Below, in pieces: positions 53,694-64,000 of a stretch of 64,000 bases of DNA. Source of the stretch: Octopus sinensis (taxonomy: Eukaryota); assembly GCF_006345805.1 (NCBI RefSeq), contig NC_043005.1, positions 28,210,001 to 28,274,000 on the forward strand. Direction: 5' to 3'. Each line of letters opens with the position of its first letter. The first letter of the stretch is position 1. The position numbers and the translations under genes were made by a program. The notes under the pieces were generated by a model. The model saw nothing but the letters and a program-made list of their open reading frames with translations, searched no databases and was not told where the DNA came from.

Positions 53694-54137
53694 TACAGTT
53701 CTATATTTAAGAGATGAGGAATTATTTACATTTGATGGATATTTGTCCTCATCTTGTTTGTTGTTAACACAACGTTTTGGCTGATATACCCTCCAGTCTT
53801 CATCAGGTGCCTTGGGGAAATTTCAAACCTGGGTTCTCATTCCTAAGGTATTTTTTGATGTTATTATTATTCAGGTTACTGCCTGGAATTGAACTTGGAA
53901 TCTTGGATATAGAAACCTGTGCTTTTTACCACTACACATAGTGGTTAATTATTATTATTCAGTGACATGAATAATAAAATAATAATAATAATAACATCAA
54001 AAAATACCTTAGGAATGAGAACCCAAGTTCAAAATTTCCCCAAGACACCTGATGAAACCTGGAGGGTATATCAACCGAAACGTTGTGTTAACAACAAACA
54101 AGATGAGGACAAATATCCGTCAAATGTAAATAATGTA
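53694..54137. mobile_element. Same family, head-to-head palindromic dimer
   Basis: About 160-bp inverted arms around a reverse-complement tRNA-like head. Confidence 0.75.
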
Positions 54138-55712
54138 TTCTTGTATTTGTTCATCTCTTTTACATCCATTTTCCCATGTTAGCATGGATTAGACAAATCT
54201 AATATTGAAGCATTGTTTTACAGATGGAGTCTCTTCTGGTTGCTAACCCTCTCTTGTTCTTCAAATAAGGAATTTCCTATTTCATATGTCTTTGAAGGTG
54301 TGAGAATAACCTTACTGTTTGAGCTTTGGTATTTTTGTAGACCACAAATGTAAACAAACACACAAATTCATATATATACAGTAACTAGCAGCTAAGCCCG
54401 GTTTCACCCGGTCGGTTTGGATGATGAGGCTGTAAAACCTTCTCTGTGTAAGCATTCGATTTGTTTGGGCATGCTTACGTTAAAAAACAATTTTAGAATG
54501 ACTTTTCTCTGTCAAAACGCTAAAAATTACTGACCAACAAAAAAAAAACCAACCAAGATTCAACCAAATCAAAAAATAAACCCATATACTAAGTGAACAA
54601 AGATGAACCACCCCACTTCCATTGTGTGTGCACACACACACACACATTCACATACTCCCCTTTTACATACACACACACATATATTCACAGAGTTGAAACG
54701 GTGTTTGATTTATTTTTTCAGCGTACAATTTTCATCATCCCACTACCAAGTATGACATCACCCCCTTCCTTCCTTATTCATCTATCACCCCTTCCTTTCT
54801 CATTCATAAACACAAGAGTATTATCATAGAAGATTATCTCGGTAACCATGGGAGCTATGAAAACAATACAAAGCCCAGCATCACCACCGTATCATCGTCT
54901 GTGTAATTTTTTGCACAAATGTAAACAAACACAAATTCATATATGTTCAGTAATATACTGGTGTTTATATCATCCATATAATCCAATCTCACTAAATACT
55001 ATCCTTCAGTATGTTTTTTTCCTACCAGATACCAGTAATAAACTGGTATCAATATAATCCACTATCACCTCTTTCCACCATATCTCTTTACTCTCTTTAA
55101 TCTTTTACTTGTTTCAGTCATTTGACTGTGGCCATGCTGGAACACCACCTTTTTAGTCGAGCAAATCGACTCCAGGACTTATTCTTTGTAAGCCTAGTAC
55201 TTATTCTATCGGTCTCTTTTGCCGAACTGCTAAGTTACGGGGATGTAAACACACCAGCATCGGTTGTCAGGCGATGTTGGGGGGACAAACACAGCCACAC
55301 AAACATATACACATACACAGACATATATATATATATATATATACGATGGGCTTCTTTCAGTTTCCATCTACCAAATCTACTCACAAGGCTTTGGTCAGCC
55401 CGAGGCTATAGTAGAAGACACTTGCCCTAGGTGCCACGCAGTGGGACTGAACCCGGAACCATATGGTTCGTAAGCAAGCTACTTACCACACAGCCACTCC
55501 TACGCCTGTGGCCTTGTGCCAGTATTAAAGAAGACAAAGATGTTATTTCTAAAATTAAGTAAGGTTTATCCTCCAACACCTTAACCTCTCACCCGATGTG
55601 CCACACATTGTAGTAAACTGCATGATCTGGTCTTCAAATTATTACGGTAGTATTTTCTTTATAGACAATTTGTTAATGCTGTAATCATATTTATCATTTG
55701 ATTGGTCCACAG

Positions 55713-55875
55713 ATGGATGGTACTGAACAGGTACTCAGCGAAGGAACTTACACAGGTGAAGTTTTTAAACCGGGCAAGCTGGATCTCGCCATTAAGAAAG
55801 GAGACAGAATAAATATCCTTCGAATGCATAACAATCCTGCAGGGAAGTGGCTGGCCAAATCTGAGGATGGTCGAC
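55713..55875 (+). CDS. FYB: FYB-like hSH3 exon (163 nt, phase 0->1): MDGTEQVLSEGTYTGEVFKPGKLDLAIKKGDRINILRMHNNPAGKWLAKSEDGR
   Basis: Acceptor ggtccacag, donor gtaagt. 'DLAIKKGDRINILRMHNNPAGKWLAK' matches the ADAP hSH3 pattern 'ELSFKQGEQIEIIRITDNPEGKWLGR'. Confidence 0.92.
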
Positions 55876-56147
55876 GTAAGTGGGAATGCCTTTATGTTCT
55901 TGGTTTATTGAATTTATTTTAGTCTTTTATGTTTTTATAGATTTTAAAGTGTGTGTGTATGTATATGTATGCAATTATGTAGGTAGGTTAAAATCCAAGC
56001 TGTGTATTCTTGAAGCATGTCTGCTTATTCCAGTATTACAATCCAGTGTGCAGTTGTATGTGAGGTACATGTTAGAGTTGAAAATACTGGAAATACTGTT
56101 TGCAGAGTTATTATATATCAAAACTGAAAGTTAGAAAAAAATTTTGA

Positions 56148-56272
56148 TATTATTTATACACCATTACACATATTTCATTTGCTAATAGGAGTTACAAAAT
56201 TGTACATGCTGGATGTACAACTTTGTAATTCCTATTAGCAAATGAAACATGTGTAATGATGTATAAATAATA
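56148..56272. repeat. Near-perfect hairpin, 60-bp arms, 5-nt loop
   Basis: 56148-56207 versus the reverse complement of 56213-56272: 4 differences. Confidence 0.9.
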
Positions 56273-56298
56273 CTAAAATATTCTTCCAGTTTCTTGTA

Positions 56299-56786
56299 CA
56301 GGGTGTCCTGTAATTAATTATTTCAGTGAATTCAGACAATTTTTTTTTAAAAACTCACTTTTATTTATGTTTATCATGTTTAATATGTGTTAAAAGTGTA
56401 TATATTTTTAATTTTGTTTATAATTTTTTTTTATAATTTTATTTTCATTCCTGCTGAATCTTGCTTATCTGTCCATGACAGTTTTTTTTCAATTTGGCAG
56501 AAATAGTTTAGCTAAACTTAAAAGAACACATTCAGTTAGCAGTGCAGGAGATAATTCCTGAAATGCTTCAAAATGTGTTTTGCAATGCTAAAGATAGATT
56601 TGAAATTTGCAGGGATACAATCAGAGTACATATTGAAAATTTTCAATAAAATTTTGACGTAAGATTTCTAAATCTATTTGTTTTTGGTATCATATTAAGT
56701 ATTAAACATAAAATTCTGTCAGTTTTTCTTAGAATTTACCTGATTTCATTGAAATAAATAGATAAATAGTTAATTCTGGGACACTG
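56299..56786 (+). mobile_element. Tc1/mariner-type MITE
   Basis: TA|cagggtgtcctgtaattaa ... ttaattctgggacactg termini; internal 'IPEMLQNVFCNAKDRFEIC...HIENF*' resembles a transposase C-terminus. Confidence 0.6.
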
Positions 56787-57703
56787 TGTGTGCGTATATA
56801 TATATATACTTTTAACATCTGTCTTCCATGCTGGCATGGCTTAAACAGATTGAGAGAGTCCAACAGATTGCTGAAATGCATCATCATCATCATCGTTTAA
56901 CATCCGCTTTCCATGCTAGCATGGATTGGACGATTTGACTGAGGACTGGCGAACCAGATGGCTGCACCAGGCTCCAATCTGATCTGGCAGAGTTTCTACA
57001 GCTGAATGTCCTTCCTAACACCAACCACTCCAAGAGTGTAGTGAGGGCTTCTATGTGCCACCGGCACAAGGGCTAGTCAAATGGTACTGGCAATGGCCAC
57101 GCTCAAATGGTGTTTTTTACGTGCCACCTGCACAGGAGCCAGTAAGGCGGCACTGGCAACGACCTTGCTCGAATGTTTTTCACATGTCACCAACACAAGT
57201 GCCAGTAAAGCGACGCTGGTAACAATCACACTCGAATGGTGCTTTTTACGTGCCACCAGCACAGAAGCCAGTTTGCTGCTCTGGCAACAATCATGCTCGG
57301 ATGGTGCTCTTAGCGCAACACTAGCACGGATTTCAGTTATCAAATTTGATTTTGATTACACCTGCCTCAATAGGTCTTCGCAAGCAGTTCCAATATATGT
57401 TCTTCCTCTTCCTTATGCCAATTACTTTATAGAAAATGGTACCAGTATGTAATACTGTTGATATGTAACAATATCAATGTATTGCTACTACCAATATGTA
57501 ACAATAGCAATATGTAATAACAATATGTAACTTACACTACTGTGTCATTATAATAATAATTTTACTACAATGATAGCAATATTAGGTATTACCAATATGC
57601 AGTATTATCTATAAATGTAATGACACCAATATGTTACATTATGAATAGGAGATGTTATCAATATGTAATGAAACCAATGACTCAGTGAACACTACAATGT
57701 TTA

Positions 57704-58198
57704 TACAGTTCTATATTTAAAAGATGAGGAATTATGTACATTATTTACATTATTTACATTTGATGGATATTTATCCTCATCTTGTTTGTTGCTAACACAA
57801 TGTTTCGGCTGATATACCCTCCTGCCTTCATCATGTGTCTTGGGGAAATTTCAAACCTGGGTTCTCATTCCTACGGTATTTTTCCAATGTTGTTGCTGTT
57901 GCTGCTGCTGTTGTTGTTGTTCAAGTCACTGCCTGGAATCAAACTCAAAATCTTGAGGTTAGTAGCCCATGCTCTTAACCATTATGCCTTATGCCCATGG
58001 GCATATGGCATAGTGGTTAATTATTATTATTCAGTGACCTGAATAACAACAACAACAACATTGAAAAATACTTTAGGAATGAGAACCCAGGTTCGAAATT
58101 TCCCGAAGACACTTGATGAAGGCTGGAGGGTGTATCAGCCGAAACGTTGTGTTAACAACAAACAAGATGAGGATAAATATCCGTCAAATGTAAATAAT
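57704..58198. mobile_element. Same family, head-to-head palindromic dimer
   Basis: Inverted arms centred on the perfect palindrome tatgcccatgggcata (57990-58005). Confidence 0.75.
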
Positions 58199-58232
58199 TT
58201 ACTAAAATGTTTGTTTCAATATCTTCTTTCAG

Positions 58233-58285
58233 TTGGATACGTTGACTCACAGTTTGTCGAAATTTGTGCATCCAATATCAAAAAT
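58233..58285 (+). CDS. FYB: FYB-like exon (53 nt, phase 1->0): (L)GYVDSQFVEICASNIKN, end of hSH3
   Basis: Acceptor atcttctttcag, donor gtaagt; completes the SH3 fold (ADAP 'YGYIKTTAVEIDYDSLK'). Confidence 0.88.
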
Positions 58286-59352
58286 GTAAGTACGACATGA
58301 TGTGTAGTGTGTGTGTGTGTATGTGTGTGTACTCGCAGGCATGGCTGTATGGTTAAGAACTTGCTCCCTGACTATATGGTAGTGAGTTCAGTCCCACTGT
58401 AGGGTGCCTTGGGCAAGTGTCTTCTACTATAGCCTCAGGTTAGCCAAAGCCTTGTGAGTGAATTTCCAAGAGAGAAATTGAAAGAATCCTGTTGTATATA
58501 AGCTGGTTACTTGGTTTCCACAGTGTATAAAATCTATGTGGTTGCAACATGAAGCTTGAATGTGTGTGTCTGTGTTTGTCCTCCCACCATCGCTTGACAT
58601 CCGATGTTGGTATGTTTATGTCCCCGTAATATAGCAGCTCAGCAAAAGAGACTGATGGAATAAGTACTAGGCTTACAAAGAACTAGTTCTGCGGTCAATA
58701 TGTTCAACTAAAGGCGGTGCTCCAGCATGGCCACACTCAACTGACTGAAACAAATAAATGAATATTGTGTGTACTTATTAATACAACACATTTCTATTAA
58801 GAAGGCATTGATATAATGATGGGTCAGGGACCCCCTTCAGTCATGAATGACCATGGAATTGCGCCTACAAAGTTACCCTCTGAGGCACAAGTCTGGGCAA
58901 GGTTGTTTATGGAAGACCAGCAGTCACCCATGCATACCAGCCTCCCCTCTCCACACCACCGATGCTATCCAAGGGAAAGGCAATGGGGCCAATACAGCTT
59001 GGCACCAGTGACATTGCCACTCATTTCTACAGCTGAGTGAACTGAAGCAATGTAAAATAAAGTGTCTTTCTCAAGAACACAACATGTAGCCTGGTCCAAG
59101 AATCGAACTCACAACCTCACGATCATAAGCTCGATGCTCTAACCACTGAGCCATGCACATTGAGTATTAAGTAGGCATTGATATAATGATGAGTAACCAT
59201 TGAGTATTAAGTAGGCATTGGTAATTGATAACAGCACTGCAGAATATATTTTTTGATATAGTAAGACAGTCATATTATATATCTCTTGAGATAATAGCCC
59301 TTGTATGTGATATCAAATTTTAAATCTATCCTCTCTCTCTCACTGTCCACAG

Positions 59353-59390
59353 GTCATGGGAATTGGTCACTCACAGACGCAGTCTTCAGA
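59353..59390 (+). CDS. FYB: FYB-like exon (38 nt, phase 0->2): VMGIGHSQTQSS; gene continues
   Basis: Acceptor ctctctctcactgtccacag, donor gtaagg; in frame with the previous exon. Supported only by splice signals and frame. Confidence 0.6.
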
Positions 59391-59729
59391 GTAAGGCATC
59401 TTTCACTAACTTTATTTTCTCTTATGTAACTTCTGCTACTGTTATTATTGCCTTTACAATGACGAGGTTTTTTTTTTGTTTCTTTTCTTACTTAATTTAA
59501 AATATATTAAATGTCATTAAATTATATTATAGCAATCATCATCATGTGTCATCATACTCTTCACTTCACCATCATCTTTGTCTTTTGTATTTATTGTTTT
59601 ATTATTATTATTATTGCTGGGGATTTATAATAATAATAATAATAATAATAATCAAAGAGATCTTTATCATTTCTTTCCACCAAATACAACTTCCAGTTTT
59701 CTCCATGTTGTTATGAAAAAAACTGGATG

Positions 59730-59787
<58 letters not shown>

Positions 59788-60871
59788 GCATGTGTGTGTG
59801 TGTATACACTGTTGGTCTGGTTTGGAGGAAGGAGCCATGTCCATAAACCTTCATAGAGCTTCAAGACTTGTGTGGCTGTTACCGTTAATGTTCTTTTCTG
59901 CCTGCATTGATATAAGTCTGCAGCTTCAGAAAGATATGCAGTGAGGTGGATATTCCAGAAGACAAATATTAGAGAGAGGAAAGACTGAGCATAATGGCTC
60001 AAATGGAGCCTGGAGGGGGTTGGACTACAATACAGGCCATGAGAGGTGGGCGAGTAAAGAGTATTTGGGTGGAAGTGACACAAGACCTGAAAGCTCTAAT
60101 GCACAGAAACTATTATAGTTGTAGTAAAAAGAAGAAAAAAGGAAAGGGTAAAGCTTGTCTGAAGGTCAGAGGTTAAAAAGTGTTAGTAAATGATTTCATC
60201 TTAATCAGTGAAGTGGCTTTTGGGAGATGCTGTCAAGATATCTGTATGTGTAGCAGAAGCACTGGCAAAGATTTGGCACTAACATTGCATTGTGTGTCTT
60301 ACTTGAATCCTGCCAATGTTTTTTTTTTTTGTTTGTTTTTTTGGTGGGGGGTGCAGTATTTCTGGCTCTGAAGAAAAAAGCCAGTCTTTTAGATTCTCTC
60401 TTGACTCTAATGCATGTGTCTGTTCATTGATTTGTCAGTTAGTTTAACAATCTCAACATGCTACAAAACCATTCAATCCTGACCATAACAAAATTCCAAA
60501 CACATTAGCTAAAGTAACTCAACCATGAAATGCCATTCACAGTATCAGAAATTCCTTGATAAACAAATATGCCCTCAGTCAGTTTTGCAGTTAATTTCCC
60601 TTTCAAACCAACAAGTCATTAAATTTCCCTAACCTTGAGCAAAATAAAATTCCTGCCTGACAACAATATTCTTAAGTACCACACAAAAGACATGCAAAAT
60701 CAAAGTTGACAAAATAAAAAACATAAATAAAACTTGACCATGTAAAAGCATTTTTAATTAAATTAAAAGACAACTACAGAACAAAAATAAGAATAAATAT
60801 TCCTTCTCATCAACAAGTACAAAGAAAATAAACTCCATGCCAAAGGCATAACTAATTGTATGTCTATACTT

Positions 60872-61340
60872 GTGATGAAGCAAGTGTTGTTATGCATGTG
60901 GTGAAGCAAATGTTGTTTATACATGTGATGGAGCAAATGTTATACATGTGGTGAGGCAAGTGTTGTTATACATGTGGTGAGACAAGTGTTGTTATGCATG
61001 TGGTGAAGCAAGTGTTGTTATACATGTGGTGAGGCAAGTGTTATACATGTGGTGAGGCAAGTATTGTTATACATGTAGTGAAGCAAATGTTATGCATGTG
61101 GTGAAGCAAATGTTGTTATGCATGTGGTGAGGCAAATTTTGTTATACATGTGTGGTGAGGCAAGTGTTGTTATACATGTGGTGAAGCAAATGTTGTTATG
61201 CATGTGGTGAGGCAAGTGTTGTTGTACATGTGGTGAAGCAAGTGTTGTTATGCATGTGGTGAGGTCAGTGTTGTTATGCATGTGCAGAGGCAAGTGTTGT
61301 TATATATGTGGTGAAGTAAGTGTTGTACATGTGGTGAAGC
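60872..61340. repeat. Minisatellite, about 19 units of 23-28 bp (consensus gtggtgaagcaagtgttgttatacat)
   Basis: Directly visible head-to-tail units with no unique spacers. Confidence 0.9.
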
Positions 61341-61494
61341 ATGTGCTGTTAGCCTTGACATTGCAGATGGTTTTGTGGTATGCTGGTCTTCTCCAAAAGC
61401 TTATATCATTTGGAATTTCTGGAAGGTTCCTTTGGATTATTTTCTCAATAGATTTGGCATTACATTTATTTTAAACAGCTTTTCGTCTACTTAT

Positions 61495-61880
61495 TCCATC
61501 TCATGTGGTGTTCAAGATTCTATTCTTGGTCCACTCTTATTCTTAGTTTCTATTTAAGATCTTGGTGATATCACATCTAACCTCATCTTCTTTACTGAGG
61601 ATACTTTTTTGAATTCTTGATTGAGTGAGAAATATGATTTATCTGATTGGCTGGGAAAAGCTGGATTTTTTGCGCTCCATATTCAACGACTGATTAGCTG
61701 CTTAGTGCTTAAATTTTTTTCTTCCATTAATCATTACAGAAACTGTAACATTTCCTTTTTCTATGTTTGATATTGTTCTTCCTGAGTCTTCCAGTTTTAG
61801 GTTTATTTGTTTCTGATAATTACAAATTAAATTACATTTTAAATCTGTTGCTAAACCAGCCTGTATGAAGGTTGGTTCTC
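61495..61880 (+). mobile_element. CR1/L2-type LINE reverse transcriptase relic
   Basis: 'ISCGVQDSILGPLLFLVSI*DL' (GVPQGS.LGPLLF..Y.NDL) followed by 'IFFTEDT' (LFADD relic). Confidence 0.6.
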
Positions 61881-62771
61881 TATACTCATCTCATTGTTAG
61901 CTTTCCTCTATATGTATTACCCGTGGCACGTAAAAGGGCACCATTCGAGCTTGATCGTTACCAACGTCGCTTCACTGGCACATGTAAAAAGATTCAAGCG
62001 AGGTCATTGCCAGTACCGCCTGACTGGCCCCCATGCCAGTGGCACGTAAAAAAACACCCACTACACTCTCGGAGTGGTTGGAGTTAGGAAGGGCATCCAG
62101 CTGCAGAAACTCTGCCAGATCAAGATTGGGGCCTGGTGCAGCCATCTGGTTCGCTAGCCCTCAGTCAAAATCGTCCAACCCATGCTAGCATGGAAAGCAG
62201 ACGTTAAACAATGATGATGATGTATTCTTCATCTTTAGAAGTCTTTTATTTGCTCCTGTTAGGGATAATATTGTAAAATTTAAGCCGGTGCTCCTGCAAG
62301 TGTTTTTCTCTCCTTGATCATTTAAAAATTTAGTTTCTAACATTGTAGATCATGTTTTCTAGTATCATGGGTTTTGTCCAGACCCTTTCTCATCACTGCC
62401 AGAACATTGCTCCTTTATCTCTATTCTATAAATACTTCCATGGTTGTTGTTCTGCCAAACTTCTTCTCTTAATAACCTCTTAAGATTATTAACTAAATAA
62501 CTCATCTTTATCATCCTTTCATTCTTGTTGTCCCCTCTCATAAGAAGTGTTTCTATTCAAGTAGTTTCTTCAAATATCTATCCAATGGAATTTTCTTCTT
62601 TCTCGTTGTTTTCCTACAAAACAAATATGATCTTAATTATTTTAAATCTTACATTGATCATTTAATGGATTTTAAGGCAGCTTCTCCGTACATACCAAAT
62701 GGTTGTTTGTGGCCTGTTTTATTACTGGTTGCTCGCTGCCTCATTGAAAGTAACTTTGGTGTGTGTGTGTG

Positions 62772-62835
<64 letters not shown>

Positions 62836-62937
62836 GTGGACACACACTCACATACATCTACACTCACATACCATAATCTTACTGTTTGTTCTTCCTTGTG
62901 TTATTTTATGTTGATTATCGTAGATAAGACTATGTAG

Positions 62938-62968
<31 letters not shown>

Positions 62969-64000
62969 ATATGTTTATTTTAATATTACCCCCTGGTTCC
63001 CAACTTGGAGAAGGCCCAGTGTGGTGTCTGACTACTTCAGACATACTGATAGTTAGAAACTCCTCTGAAAATTCTAACAAAAACAGAAGAAAATAGATCT
63101 TGTTTCAGAAATGTAATATTTCTACAAACTGCTGAGAAAGTAAAAGAAGACATATTTGTGTATAATTATAAAGACAAAGTACCTTTAGTTTTTAGGGGAC
63201 TAGGGAGGGGATGCTGTTTAGTTTTGGTGTAGGGGCAGGGCGGGGCAAGTAGTGTGTTGATGGGTTCTTCTCTATCCTTATTTTATTGACATTTACTCTC
63301 AGACTTGTGTATGCATATACACACATGCATGTATGCGTGTGTGCACTGTGTGTTCTGTAAGTATGTTAGGGTTTTAGACATAACATGTGTACACAGTACC
63401 AAAGATATAGGAAACCCACTGTATGTGTGTGTTTATATGTATGTATACATGTGTGTGCGTGTATTTGTGTATACTCACAAAACAGAGGTGTATGTGCATA
63501 TTTGTACATATTGTATAAGTATGTATATGTATACATATGTTGTATGTGTATGTATTGTATGAGTGTATGTTTGTGTGTGTATATATATATATATATATGG
63601 TTACAAGTGTGTTTATGTATGCAGAATTGTGGATTGAGCAAGGAAGGTGGATAATGAACTTTTGAAACCAGTAATTTATTTAAATTCATCATCATCACCA
63701 TCATCAACATCACTATTATCATTATCACCACTTCTCCATGTTTGTGTGGGTTGAATAGGTCTTTTTCAATACAGCATCTCGCCATTTGTGACAGTCTTTA
63801 TCATCTCTTTTGTACAGTTAACTTTCTTTAAAGGCAGCTTTCACAACTACATCCCACATCTCCTTTGGCCTTCCTCTTCAGAGGTAATATTTCTTGATGG
63901 CCAGTCAAGTTTTCATAAAAGATCCAGGATATAGAATAAACTATCATACTGGACATTAACTCTTTTGTTGCCATATTTCTGTTGGAATACAGCACCTTCG

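Noticed and set aside
59915-59980. Possible exon DFRKICSEVDIPEDKY*
   Set aside because: Weak acceptor; lies in what looks like decayed LINE sequence; no family motif.
60872-61340. CRISPR-like periodicity
   Set aside because: Units are contiguous with no unique spacers, and the context is eukaryotic.
63303-63360. Possible next FYB exon after atttactctcag
   Set aside because: Reads ELVYAYTHMHVCVCALCVL* through microsatellite-like sequence, with no FYB similarity and no donor.

Overview
AT-rich, microsatellite-dense eukaryotic DNA. The repeat families look like those of an octopus genome; that assignment is recalled, not proven. One protein-coding gene is supported, on the + strand: a FYB/ADAP-family adaptor. 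I reconstruct 10 frame-consistent GT-AG exons from 31945 to 59390 (1562 nt, about 520 codons). They encode an N-terminal 'VSALKARF' motif, a long low-complexity region, a Pro-rich motif, YDDI/YDDL tyrosine motifs, a Lys/Glu-rich helix and a helically extended SH3 (hSH3) domain. The ATG exon was not found and the gene continues past the last exon found. The rest is intron or intergenic DNA filled with tRNA-headed SINEs, RTE LINE fragments, Tc1/mariner, Tigger, piggyBac and hAT MITEs, a gypsy protease relic and several long foldback palindromes. Best novelty candidates: (1) a tRNA-headed, SINE-like element with a hammerhead-ribozyme-like tail, present as a monomer with a 13-bp TSD and as head-to-head palindromic dimers; (2) a 768-bp antisense retroposed insert with a perfect 16-bp TSD and an intact 113-codon ORF of unknown identity; (3) a set of long intronic hairpins that could be dsRNA/ADAR substrates. 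Gene exon, TSD and TIR coordinates were counted from the sequence; boundaries of degenerate repeats are approximate.
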